Below the pieces are notes generated by a model. The model did not search any database and was not told where the DNA came from. It saw only the letters and a list, made by a program, of their open reading frames with translations. Made by a program: the position numbers and the translations under genes. From an uncultured delta proteobacterium (GTDB lineage Bacteria; Myxococcota_A; Polyangia; Polyangiales; Polyangiaceae), in the NCBI GenBank assembly GCA_963696385.1, contig CAVOKF010000005.1, positions 800,001 through 864,000 of the forward strand: a stretch of 64,000 nucleotides of DNA, written 5' to 3'. This document shows, piece by piece, positions 1 through 9,242 of the stretch (position 1 is its first letter; each line of letters begins with the position of its first letter).

Positions 1-341
1 TCATTCTCCGAGGCGTGCCCGATCGAGTCGTCATTCGAGAGCGCTGTTCGCTCACGACGCGGGACAACGCCCGGTTTTCGGTCGGCATCCTCGAACGACG
101 CGGAGTCAAGGCCGCGGCTATCGTGACGTGTGCATGGCATCTGCCGCGCGCGATCGACTCATTCGCGCGCGCGGGTCTGACCACCGAGCCCTTGGGCGTG
201 TGCGACCCTAACGCCCCGGCATGGACGGATCGGATCGGGCGCGCCGCTCGCGAGGGCTTTCTGTCCTGGGTTCAAGACGTGGAGGCGAGGATCGCTCGTG
301 CGCGCTGCAGGGCCCGCCCGGCCGGCGCGGGAAAGGGATAG
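1..341 (+). CDS. YdcF/DUF218 (ElyC/SanA-like) family protein, 5'-truncated by window edge
   Basis: Frame open from position 3; motifs 'ERCSLTTRDNARFS' and 'IVTCAWHLPRA' typical of DUF218. Confidence 0.8.
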   Translation, partial: ILRGVPDRVVIRERCSLTTRDNARFSVGILERRGVKAAAIVTCAWHLPRAIDSFARAGLTTEPLGVCDPNAPAWTDRIGRAAREGFLSWVQDVEARIARARCRARPAGAGKG

Positions 342-379
342 CGACGCCGCTGGGGCCCGTCTCGCCGCAACGGCATCGC

Positions 380-2632
380 GTGGTGGATCGCGAGGCAGGG
401 ATCGCCGTTTTCGCGACCCGAACCGGTGCGTCGTCGACGCTCGCCCCGGCTCTCGCCATGGCCTGCGCGATCGCCTGCTCGGCGATCGGCTGCTCGCATC
501 GTCGGTCCCCACCGCCGTTGAGGCCAGCGGCCGACTCCTCCCCGCCGACCGACATTCTCGCGGCCATCGCCCGGGCCGAGGACCGCCGCAGGGTCGACGA
601 GCTCCCACGTGACGCGCAGAGCAGCCTCGACGTTGCCGTTCGCCGTGCGGCGGCGCGGGCATTGGCGCGCATCCTGGACCGCGACGACGCTCCCCTGCTT
701 CGGGCCCTCGACGACGAGGACGACGAGGTGGTCGCCTGGGCGAGCTACGGGCTCGGAGAGTCGTGCCATGGGCGTGAGGATCGCCATGTCCGCGCCCTGT
801 CTGCACGGCTCGTTTCGCTCTCGGAAGAGGGAGATCCGCTGGACTCCGGGCCGAGCACAGGGCGCGACGCGCTCGCTCGCCAGGCTCGGTCGACGTTGTT
901 GCGGGCCCTGGGCCGCTGCGGAGGCGATCTGGCCGAAGCGACCTTGCGCGCGGCGCTGTCGGTCGGGGGAAGGGCCTCCGAAGCCGCGGCCTACGCGCTG
1001 GGCGACACCTCGGCGCGCAAGGGTGCCCTGTCCGACGAGACCGCGGTCGCCCTTCTCGATGCGGCCCGGGCGACCGCGCCGCTCGACGCCGCGCTTTTCC
1101 CATTCGGCCAGCTGGAGACGCAAATGAGCAGCGAGCTCTGGCCTCGCCTCGCCGCAGCCGCGCGCTCGGCACTCGGCCGGCCCGGGCCGCACCGTCTCTT
1201 TGCGATCCGTGCGCTCGGCCGCACCGACGACCCGGACGCGGGGGCGGACCTGGCCGGGGTCCTTTTGTCCGAACAGGCAACGCCTGCCGAGCGGGTGGAG
1301 GCCGCGCGAGCGCTGTCCCGGGGATCCGTCGTCCGAAAACTCGCTCTCGCGCAGGCGTTCGTGTCGATGGTAGGCAGCTGGGCCGACCCGTGGCTGGGCG
1401 ACCGCTTCGCGGTGCTGCTCTCGGCCGTGGGGGACCTCGATGTCGGAGTGCCGGAGCGAACCGAGACGGCGCTGTGGGCATTGGCTCGCGCGAAGCCCGA
1501 TCGCGGCGCCGATCCGGCCGTGATTCGTCGGGTCTCGGCGCTCCGATGCGCCGCCGCGGCCCACTTGGCACGGCACGCCTGGGACGCCGACATTCTGCGC
1601 CAGTGCGACCTCGGTGACGGAGAAGCCGGAGAGCGCGCACGGCTCGCGGCGCTCGACTTCGGCACGATGGATCGCGCCCGGCGCGCCGCCTGGAGCGAGA
1701 TCGCCCGTAGCGCTCATCTGCGCGTGCGGGAGGCGTCGATCGAGGCGATCGGCCGGCACCCCGAGCTTTCCGACGCGGCTCGTAGCGCGATCGCGTCGGC
1801 CCTCGCCGCAGATGAGCCCGGGCTCGTGGCCACGGCCGCGAAGCTTCTGCAGTCTCATCCCGAGCGCATCTTCACGTCGGCGGTGCGGGAGGACGGCGGC
1901 TCACCGGACGCCGCGGAACGCGCGGTGGCGAACGCCCATGTCCCTGATCCGGGGATTGCGCGGGCGCTCGGGGTTGCGCTCGCACGGCCATGGCGAAGAG
2001 ACCTGGTCGAGACCCGCGAAGCCCTGATCGACGCAGCGATCGCCAGCGGCAGCGGGGAGGGTCGTAACTACGCGCTCAAGGCGTGTACCGACCCGAGCCC
2101 GACGGTCCGATCCCACGCGGCCAAGGCACTTTTCGTCGCCGGCTCCGGCCCGAAAGGGTGCGACGCTCCGACGACGGCCTTTGAGCCAGCCGCCGAACTC
2201 GCCCACGAACTATCCAGCCCGACACGAGTCGTCCTCGATGCGGACGCGGGATCCGTATCCATAACGTTCGATCCGGTGCTCGCGCCGGTGGCGGTAACTC
2301 GCATCGTCGCACTGGCGCGATCCGGCTTCTACACGGGCGTCTCATTCCATAGGGTAGTCCCAGGCTTCGTGGTTCAATTCGGAGATCGCGGGGGCGACGG
2401 ATACGGGGGCTCGGGCGATCTGCTGCGTTGCGAGACATCCCCAGTGTCGTTCGAGCCCTTCGACGTGGGCGTTGCTCTCGCCGGGCGCGACACGGGCTCG
2501 AGCCAACTGTTCGTGACCCTTGCCCGATACCCCCACCTGGACGGACAGTACGCGTGGGTCGGAAATGCGGTCGGCGACTGGGACGCGATTGCGGAAGGCG
2601 ACGTGATCCGATCGGTTCACGTGGAAGACTGA
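380..2632 (+). CDS. HEAT-repeat protein with C-terminal cyclophilin-type peptidyl-prolyl isomerase, probable lipoprotein (start uncertain, 380 or 458)
   Basis: HEAT-like repeats (VRRAAARALARI...LLRALDDEDDEVVAWASYGLG); C-terminal 'GFYTGVSFHRVVPGFVVQFGD...AGRDTGSSQLFV'; hydrophobic N-terminus ending IGC. Confidence 0.85.
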   Translation: MVDREAGIAVFATRTGASSTLAPALAMACAIACSAIGCSHRRSPPPLRPAADSSPPTDILAAIARAEDRRRVDELPRDAQSSLDVAVRRAAARALARILDRDDAPLLRALDDEDDEVVAWASYGLGESCHGREDRHVRALSARLVSLSEEGDPLDSGPSTGRDALARQARSTLLRALGRCGGDLAEATLRAALSVGGRASEAAAYALGDTSARKGALSDETAVALLDAARATAPLDAALFPFGQLETQMSSELWPRLAAAARSALGRPGPHRLFAIRALGRTDDPDAGADLAGVLLSEQATPAERVEAARALSRGSVVRKLALAQAFVSMVGSWADPWLGDRFAVLLSAVGDLDVGVPERTETALWALARAKPDRGADPAVIRRVSALRCAAAAHLARHAWDADILRQCDLGDGEAGERARLAALDFGTMDRARRAAWSEIARSAHLRVREASIEAIGRHPELSDAARSAIASALAADEPGLVATAAKLLQSHPERIFTSAVREDGGSPDAAERAVANAHVPDPGIARALGVALARPWRRDLVETREALIDAAIASGSGEGRNYALKACTDPSPTVRSHAAKALFVAGSGPKGCDAPTTAFEPAAELAHELSSPTRVVLDADAGSVSITFDPVLAPVAVTRIVALARSGFYTGVSFHRVVPGFVVQFGDRGGDGYGGSGDLLRCETSPVSFEPFDVGVALAGRDTGSSQLFVTLARYPHLDGQYAWVGNAVGDWDAIAEGDVIRSVHVED

Positions 2633-2636
2633 AACC

Positions 2637-3404
2637 ATGCTGCTCGCCATCGACGTCGGGAACACGAACATCGTCTACGGGCTCTTTGACGGCGAGAAGC
2701 TCACCCACAAATTCCGGGTCGAAAGTGTGCGCGGTCGAACCTCCGACGAGTATTCCGTGGCGCTGCGCGCGCTCCTCGCAATGCGTGGGGTCACTGCGTC
2801 CATCGTGGACGCCGCGATTGTCGCCTGCGTCGTTCCGTCGCTCACCGAGCCCATGATGCGTTTGGTCCGCGACGGGTTTGGTCGCGAGGCCGTCGTCGTC
2901 GGACCCGGGATCCGGACGGGAATGGCGATCCTCATTGAGAATCCGCGTGAAGTCGGGGCGGACCGAATCGCCGATGCGGTGGCCGGTTACGAGCGAGCGA
3001 AGGGGGGGGTCATCGTCGTCGACTTCGGGACGTCGACCAATTTCGACGTCGTTACGCCCAAGGGGGAGTACCTCGGCGGAGTTCTGGCCCCGGGCTTGCA
3101 GATCAGTGCCGACGCGCTCTTCACCAGGGCCGCCAAGCTGCCCCGGGTCGAGGTGGCCAAGCCGCCGCGCGTCGTCGGTCGCAATACGGTGCACGCGATG
3201 CAATCCGGCATTGTCTACGGGTACGTGGGGCTCGTGGACGGTTTGGTCGAGCGGATTCTCGCGGAGCTGGGCCATCCGTGCGCCGTCATCGCCACGGGCG
3301 GCTTGGCGCCGCTCATTGCGCCGCTGTCGAAGACCATCCAGGTCGTCGACGAAGATCTCACCCTCGTCGGGCTGCGCATCCTGTACGACCGAAACATGGG
3401 CTAG
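2637..3404 (+). CDS. coaX: Type III pantothenate kinase
   Basis: MLLAIDVGNTN, NPREVGADR, VVDFGTST, IATGG motifs; 255 aa. Confidence 0.97.
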   Translation: MLLAIDVGNTNIVYGLFDGEKLTHKFRVESVRGRTSDEYSVALRALLAMRGVTASIVDAAIVACVVPSLTEPMMRLVRDGFGREAVVVGPGIRTGMAILIENPREVGADRIADAVAGYERAKGGVIVVDFGTSTNFDVVTPKGEYLGGVLAPGLQISADALFTRAAKLPRVEVAKPPRVVGRNTVHAMQSGIVYGYVGLVDGLVERILAELGHPCAVIATGGLAPLIAPLSKTIQVVDEDLTLVGLRILYDRNMG

Positions 3405-3431
3405 CCGCGCGACCGCCAGCCCGCCCCGACC

Positions 3432-4610
3432 TTATGCTTTGCCTTGCGTCGCTGTCGGCAGCTGCTGTTGTTGCTGGGCAAGCATTTGCGAGATCGCGCG
3501 AGAACGCTCGATGGCGAACTGTTTGACCTCGCGCGTCGGGCTGGTCGCCAGCTTGTTCAAGAGCGCGGTGATCCTCGGCAAGTCGCGCAGCTGAAAGAGC
3601 GCCTCGAAGTAATTGTGTGCGACCCTCACGTCGCGCAGCATGAGCGCTTCGTGAGGCGCAAGGAGCTTCACGACCTCGTCGATCTTGGAGGCCTGCCCGT
3701 AGAGCGCCGATAGGCAGACCAGCGCGAGCGCGTCGCCGGGCGCGCGCGCGACGGCTTTCTTTGCGAATTCTATCGCGCGATCGCGCGCCGATTCGTCTTT
3801 CGATTCGGCCGCAAAGAAACCCTGAAGGGCGATGTAGGGAGCCGCCGACTTTGCGTTGACCGGCGCACTCGCGACCTCTTCGATCTGCCGCAGCATGGCC
3901 TCTTCACCCGAGACCTCGCGGATCGAGTTCGCCAGGTACGCCCAGGAATCGACCGAGTTGTTGTCGATTTGGATGGCGCGCTCGGCTTGCTCGCGCTCCG
4001 CTTTGCGGTCGCCTTTCTCTTTCATCACCCGAGCCAGTTGCAGGCTCGGAAAGGGCGAGTCTTTGAGCAAATTCTGCGCGCCACGAAGTGTGGCCTCGGC
4101 CTTGTCGAGCTTCTTTTGCGCCAACTGAGCGACGCCGAGGCCCAGCCAGTCGTCGCCATCTCCGCCGAGCGCAACGATCTTGGAGAGAACCTTTTCGGCC
4201 TTTTCGTGACGCGCGTATTTGATGAGTTCTTGCGCAAAAATACGCCCTCGGTTGAGGTCGTCCTTGCTTTCGATCCAATGCTTCTCCAGCCCGCCGAGCA
4301 AGTCTTCGAGCCCGATCGCGATCGGCCGGCCCTGATCGTCCTGGACCTGGACTGCCGGGCCGTTGAAGCCGAGCAGCTTCCACACTTCTTCCATCGTCAG
4401 CGCGACGGGGCCATCGACGATCCTTTTCTCGACGGGGGTCCCATTTGGATTGATGGGCAAGAGGACCAGCGCATTGCCGGGCACGCCATTCGGGAACGAC
4501 GTGACCGGAGCGAGGATGGCCGCGCCCCCTTTCAGTTGGATGGCGGCACCTCCCCCGCCGACCGCGGGAGTACCTGGAACGCCGGGCGTGTTGGTTTCCG
4601 TATTGGACAT
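3432..4610 (-). CDS. Tetratricopeptide-repeat protein
   Basis: ATG at 4610; TPR-like helices (WLGLGVAQLAQKKLDKAEATLRGA; AERAIQIDNNSVDSWAYLA). Confidence 0.75.
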   Translation of the reverse strand: MSNTETNTPGVPGTPAVGGGGAAIQLKGGAAILAPVTSFPNGVPGNALVLLPINPNGTPVEKRIVDGPVALTMEEVWKLLGFNGPAVQVQDDQGRPIAIGLEDLLGGLEKHWIESKDDLNRGRIFAQELIKYARHEKAEKVLSKIVALGGDGDDWLGLGVAQLAQKKLDKAEATLRGAQNLLKDSPFPSLQLARVMKEKGDRKAEREQAERAIQIDNNSVDSWAYLANSIREVSGEEAMLRQIEEVASAPVNAKSAAPYIALQGFFAAESKDESARDRAIEFAKKAVARAPGDALALVCLSALYGQASKIDEVVKLLAPHEALMLRDVRVAHNYFEALFQLRDLPRITALLNKLATSPTREVKQFAIERSRAISQMLAQQQQQLPTATQGKA

Positions 4611-4743
4611 GCTGGGGTGCACTCTCGTAGCACGAAACGGGTGAGTGACGCGGGCCGCGTACGAGGCGAGCGCTGCACCATTTCCTGGTTGCGTGCGGAA
4701 GGCTCCTCCGGCAGTGTCGCCGGCTGGAGCTGAGCTGCCACCC

Positions 4744-5337
4744 ATGCGCCGTCCACGTATCGTCATTGCGGCACCGACTGCCCTCACCGTAATCCTATCC
4801 ATCGCGTCCGCCGCCCGCGCGGACGACACAATCAAGCGCCCCGGCGACCACCCCGTCTATGCGGTCGAGCTCGAGCCGCATGGAGTCTTCGGTTGGGGAG
4901 GACCTTACGGGAGCGATGGCGGGTTCGGCCTGGGCGGGCGGTTCAGCATTCCCGTCGTGCAAAACGGGTTCATTCCCACCATCAACAACAGCATCGCGGT
5001 CACGTTCGGGCTGGACTGGGTGCACTATTCCGGCTGTTACGGCGCGTTCAATTGCTCGGCCGACTACATCGAACTTCCGGTCGCGATGCAGTGGAACTTC
5101 TATGTATCCCAGCGCTGGAGCGTCTTCGGCGAGCCCGGTATTTACATATTCCATGGCTGGCTGAGCAGTTGTTATTATTACGACGGATTGCACGTAAGCT
5201 GTCCGGGCGCTCCCCTCGAGACCAGTGTGCTGCCGGCGTTTTACGTCGGTGCCCGGTATCACTTCAGCGATAAGGCCGCGCTGACGATGCGCGTCGGGTT
5301 TCCTTCGGTGTCCGTCGGCGTAAGCTTTTTCCCCTGA
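4744..5337 (+). CDS. Secreted/outer-membrane beta-barrel-like hypothetical protein
   Basis: Signal peptide ending ARA-DD, alternating aromatic beta-strands, C-terminal VSVGVSFFP. Confidence 0.65.
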   Translation: MRRPRIVIAAPTALTVILSIASAARADDTIKRPGDHPVYAVELEPHGVFGWGGPYGSDGGFGLGGRFSIPVVQNGFIPTINNSIAVTFGLDWVHYSGCYGAFNCSADYIELPVAMQWNFYVSQRWSVFGEPGIYIFHGWLSSCYYYDGLHVSCPGAPLETSVLPAFYVGARYHFSDKAALTMRVGFPSVSVGVSFFP

Positions 5338-5452
5338 GTCAGGTAGCGCTCGCGGACTCGCCCGAGCGTTGATGGCTCCGACACGACGTGCGGCGCAATC
5401 GCGTGCCCTGGTAGCGTCCCGCGGGCGTCCGCCTTAGAGTTTTCGACACCCT

Positions 5453-6487
5453 ATGACGGTTGCGCACTACTTGGTGGCTATCTTCGGACTTGCCGTGCTC
5501 ATGGTCGTGCACGAAGGCGGTCACTATTTGGCTGCCCGCCGGTTCGGAATGCGCGTCGTTCGCTTCAGCATCGGGTTCGGCCCGACGGTGTGGAAGCACA
5601 AGCCCAAGAACAGCTCGACGGTGTACCAGCTCGCTCTGATTCCGTTCCTCGCATACGTGCAAATTGCGGGAATGAACCCGTACGAAGAGAGCGACCCCAA
5701 GGACCCGTCGAGCTACGCGAACGCGCCCTTGCGGGCTCGAATGGTCACGATCGCGGCGGGTCCATTGACCAACTATTTGTTCGCATCGGTGCTCATTTTT
5801 TTCGGTCTGCTGATTGGCGGCAAGGAGGTTCCGGACGAAACCTCGATGCGCGTCGTCGTCGAACCGGGGCCGGCTCAGCTCGCCGGAGTCAAGAACGGAG
5901 ATCGCGTGCTCGAGGTCGAGGGGCGTGCCGTCTCCACGTGGGACGAGCTTCGCAAAGCGATCAGCGCGCATCCGGGCGAGCCTTTGACACTCACTCTGGC
6001 GCGTGGCGATGAGATCTTGCACCCGAGCGTGACGCCGGGCGCTCGCGGAGACAAGGACGAGGGCCTGATTCACGTTCGAATGCCGGTGCTCGTCCAGCCC
6101 GTCGGTGTTCGAGAAGCGGCAAAGATGAGTGTCGTCGCGCCCCCTCTTTTCGTCTACGAAAATGTGCGCGCGATCGGGCGCGTCATCGCCGGCAAGGAGA
6201 AGCTGCAGGTCAATGGTCCCGTCGGGATCGTGAAGGAGACCGCGAAGCAAGCGCAGCGGCCGGGGGTCCTACTGCAGTTTCTCGGGATGCTCAGTGCCTA
6301 CCTCGGTGCGTTCAACTTGCTTCCCTTTCCGGCGCTCGACGGCGGCCGTTTGCTCTTTTTGGGCGCCGAGGCCGTGTCGCGACGCAAGCCGGACGCGAAA
6401 GTCGAGGCACGCGTGCACGCGATTGGCCTGTTGATGCTGTTGACGCTGATCGCCTTCGTGACGTACGCCGACGTTCTGTCGAAGTGA
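5453..6487 (+). CDS. rseP: Site-2 (M50) RIP metalloprotease with PDZ domain
   Basis: HEGGH zinc motif, FSIGFGP, AGPLTN, PDZ segment (PAQLAGVKNGDRV), NLLPFPALDGG. Confidence 0.92.
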   Translation: MTVAHYLVAIFGLAVLMVVHEGGHYLAARRFGMRVVRFSIGFGPTVWKHKPKNSSTVYQLALIPFLAYVQIAGMNPYEESDPKDPSSYANAPLRARMVTIAAGPLTNYLFASVLIFFGLLIGGKEVPDETSMRVVVEPGPAQLAGVKNGDRVLEVEGRAVSTWDELRKAISAHPGEPLTLTLARGDEILHPSVTPGARGDKDEGLIHVRMPVLVQPVGVREAAKMSVVAPPLFVYENVRAIGRVIAGKEKLQVNGPVGIVKETAKQAQRPGVLLQFLGMLSAYLGAFNLLPFPALDGGRLLFLGAEAVSRRKPDAKVEARVHAIGLLMLLTLIAFVTYADVLSK

Positions 6488-6518
6488 CGCGGAGCCGCTC
6501 GCGGATACGGTCCGCGCG

Positions 6519-7364
6519 TCAGCCGCCGAGGCCGAGCTTCACGGACATCTGGGCACCCAGTTCCGCCGAGCGCTCCGACGCCGCCTCGACGGCGTCGATC
6601 AGCGTCCTTCGAAGCGCGCCGCTCTCGAGCATGTGGAGGCCCGCGATGGATGTTCCCCCGGGGCTCGTGACCATGTCCTTCAAGCGGCCCGGGTGCTCGC
6701 CGGTCTCGAGCAAGAGCTTCGCGGACCCGAAGACCGTCTGAGCCGCAAGCAACAGCGCCGTATCTCGCGGCAGCCCGGCTTTGACGCCGCCGTCGGCGAG
6801 CGCCTCGATAATAACCATCACGTAGGCTGGCCCGCTTCCGCTCAGTCCCGTAACGGCGTCGAGCAACGCCTCTTCCACGACGACCACTCGGCCGACGGCC
6901 TCGAACAGTTCACGGGACATGCGCAAATCGCTCTCGTAGGCGTGTGCCCCGGGGGCGATAGCCGTTGCGCCGGCTTGCACGATGGCCGGAGTGTTCGGCA
7001 TCGCGCGCACCACTCGCGAGCCCGGTGGAAGGCGGTTTTCGAGCGCAGCGAGCGTGACTCCGGCCGCGACCGAGACGACGAGTTGGTCGGCACGAACATC
7101 GTTCGCAATCTCGGTCAAGACTTTGTCGAGGGTCTGAGGCTTGACGCCGAGCAGCAGGACGTCGCACTCGCGCACGAGCGTCCGGTTGTCTCCGGTCGTA
7201 CGGATGCCGTGGCGAACGTGCAGTTCCTCGAGCCGGTCGACCTTGGCGTCGCTCGCCATGATTCGATCGGCGGTCACGCCACCGCCGACAAGGAGCCCCT
7301 TGATGAGCGCGCCGCTCATATTGCCGGCCCCGAGAAAGCCCAAGCCGATGCTGCTTAGGCCCAT
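6519..7364 (-). CDS. proC: Pyrroline-5-carboxylate reductase
   Basis: GFLGAGNM, VVRAMPNTP, TGLSGSGPAY, MVTSPGGT; ATG at 7364 overlaps upstream gene end. Confidence 0.96.
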   Translation of the reverse strand: MGLSSIGLGFLGAGNMSGALIKGLLVGGGVTADRIMASDAKVDRLEELHVRHGIRTTGDNRTLVRECDVLLLGVKPQTLDKVLTEIANDVRADQLVVSVAAGVTLAALENRLPPGSRVVRAMPNTPAIVQAGATAIAPGAHAYESDLRMSRELFEAVGRVVVVEEALLDAVTGLSGSGPAYVMVIIEALADGGVKAGLPRDTALLLAAQTVFGSAKLLLETGEHPGRLKDMVTSPGGTSIAGLHMLESGALRRTLIDAVEAASERSAELGAQMSVKLGLGG

Positions 7365-8494
7365 GACCGAGCCCAAGTCGCCAGTGCCATGACGATCCAC
7401 TGCTCCACGAGCGATTGGGGGAACAGATCGTCTTCGCCCAGATCCCTTGCGAACCTTTCCCAGCGCGACTGCAGCACCGCGCGGCGTGCGACGGTCGGGT
7501 CATCGATGAGGGCCGCGGCCCAGGCGATGCCGAGTACGGAAAAACGCTCGTTCGCGGCCAGATCCACATGCCGGCCTGCGAGCGTCACCGGCGCGCCTTG
7601 TCCGACCGAGGCGAGCGCTTCGCCGCGCCAACGCCTCGGAATGGTGAGCGTCCCCACGAGCGCCGCGAGCCGAACCCCCAAGCCGGGATGCAAATCGGAC
7701 AGCATGTAGCGGATCCCGTCGACGGCAGCGGCTCCGAGTTTGCTGCGTGCTTCCACCCGCTCTTGCGCCTCGCGACGCGCGGCCTCGACCTCCGGTTCGG
7801 CAATGCCCGTTTTGTGTGCGACGACGCGAATGGCGTGTTCCTCGCGTGGATCGATTCCATCCGCCGCTGCGGCCAGCCACGCGCCTCGAACGATGGCGCG
7901 GGCGACGCCGTGATCGAGTTCGCCATAAACGTCGAGAGTCTCCGGTGCGATCGGCGTCTCGGCCAGCAGCGCGGTCGCATCCGGCTCTGGCAGACCGAAC
8001 GCCGCCACCACCGCCGCCAGCGTCGTGATCTCTTCGGCGTCGAGCGGCCCATCGGCCGCGAACACCGCGCGCAAGGTGCGGGTCGCCAAGGAGCCGCATC
8101 GCTTGACCCGGGCGATGTCTCGTTCGCTCGGCTTATTCGAAAACAGGCTCCGGAGTCCGCGCGCGCCGACCTCGAGCGTTACCTTCTCCCGCACGACGCC
8201 CATCATCGGGATCCACCCCGGCGGCGAGAGCGGGGCCATTGCGCGCACCATGTCGATCACCCACGCGTCGAAGTGGGTCAGCATTCGGGCCTGCGGTTGG
8301 CCATGAATCGCCGCGGCGTAAGCACTCGCGCGCCGGTGGGCGAGCGCTTCGAGGATGTCCTTGTCGTTCGCCCCGGCGGCGAAGACGAAAATCGCGTCTT
8401 CTCCAAGGACGCCCAGAAGCCGAGCGAGCGCTCGGGATGCGCCGTCATCCGGAATCGCCGAATGCGCAGGCTGTTCGATGAGACCTTCAACCAT
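7355..8494 (-). CDS. Hypothetical protein with TerB-like repeats
   Basis: Two 'ADG..D.EE' TerB-type motifs (AADGPLDAEE; AADGIDPREE). Confidence 0.55.
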   Translation of the reverse strand: MVEGLIEQPAHSAIPDDGASRALARLLGVLGEDAIFVFAAGANDKDILEALAHRRASAYAAAIHGQPQARMLTHFDAWVIDMVRAMAPLSPPGWIPMMGVVREKVTLEVGARGLRSLFSNKPSERDIARVKRCGSLATRTLRAVFAADGPLDAEEITTLAAVVAAFGLPEPDATALLAETPIAPETLDVYGELDHGVARAIVRGAWLAAAADGIDPREEHAIRVVAHKTGIAEPEVEAARREAQERVEARSKLGAAAVDGIRYMLSDLHPGLGVRLAALVGTLTIPRRWRGEALASVGQGAPVTLAGRHVDLAANERFSVLGIAWAAALIDDPTVARRAVLQSRWERFARDLGEDDLFPQSLVEQWIVMALATWARSWA

Positions 8495-8594
8495 GGGCTG
8501 CGATATCGCGACGGTAGCGCATCCGCCGAGGCGACGACCAATCGAAAAGTCGACCTCGGGATCGATCGGGATGGCCGCCGCTGTCGGGATTCGG

Positions 8595-9158
8595 TCAGAG
8601 GGCCATAAGAAGCTGCTGCACCATGCGGTACGTCATCCCCCAGAGGATGCGCCCGTCGAGGTGCACGCAGGGCGTCTCGACCGCCCGGCCGCCGCCCGTG
8701 TACGTGAACGTGGCCGGTGCCCCCGAAGCGCCCAACGCCGTGAGCGGCACCCAGAGAACGTCCCTCACTTCGCCGTTCGTCGACAGCGGGCTACCGCCGT
8801 TCTCGACGGCGAAAACGAACTGGGCCACCCGGACGCCGTTGACCCGAGCCGCAACGTCGCCCAATCGAGCCAGCAGGGCCGTTTCGGGGAGCCGCAGGCC
8901 GACCTCCTCCTCTGTCTCGCGGAGCGCCGTGCGCAAGAGCGAGTCGTCGGTTCGGTCCCGCTTTCCACCCGGGAACGCAAGGTGTCCGGACCACGGATCC
9001 CCGGCGCGCTCGGCCCGTTCGATGAGGAGGATCTCGACGTCATCATGGCCTTCGCGGACGATCGTCGCGACCGCGGCGGAAGGCTCCTCCGGCGTCGGTT
9101 CTGGGGCAGGCCGGCTGCGCAGCCGCTCCTTGACCGAGATCCAATGGACGGGTGCCAT
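8595..9158 (-). CDS. Nudix hydrolase, CoA pyrophosphatase family
   Basis: LLIERA...DPWSGHLAFPGGKRD...TALRETEEEVGL Nudix box, ILWGMT tail; AAGGAG SD. Confidence 0.9.
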   Translation of the reverse strand: MAPVHWISVKERLRSRPAPEPTPEEPSAAVATIVREGHDDVEILLIERAERAGDPWSGHLAFPGGKRDRTDDSLLRTALRETEEEVGLRLPETALLARLGDVAARVNGVRVAQFVFAVENGGSPLSTNGEVRDVLWVPLTALGASGAPATFTYTGGGRAVETPCVHLDGRILWGMTYRMVQQLLMAL

Positions 9159-9242
9159 GACGCTTGCTCCTTCTATCGCGGAATCCCGGACCCCGCCGCG
9201 CGGTGGGCGAACCGCGCCCGGTCGCGTGACTGCACTTCGCGT

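Noticed and set aside
159..1858. Long antisense and alternative-frame ORFs (e.g. 159-1640, 272-1858, 32044-33972, 36091-37866, 41749-43848, 56281-58773)
   Set aside because: Arg/Pro/Ala-rich or motif-less shadow ORFs expected in high-GC DNA, overlapping well-supported genes
5342..5432. Two GGTAGCG-started imperfect palindromes resembling GTAG-family REPs
   Set aside because: Short, dissimilar after the first 7 nt, same orientation, no further convincing copies seen
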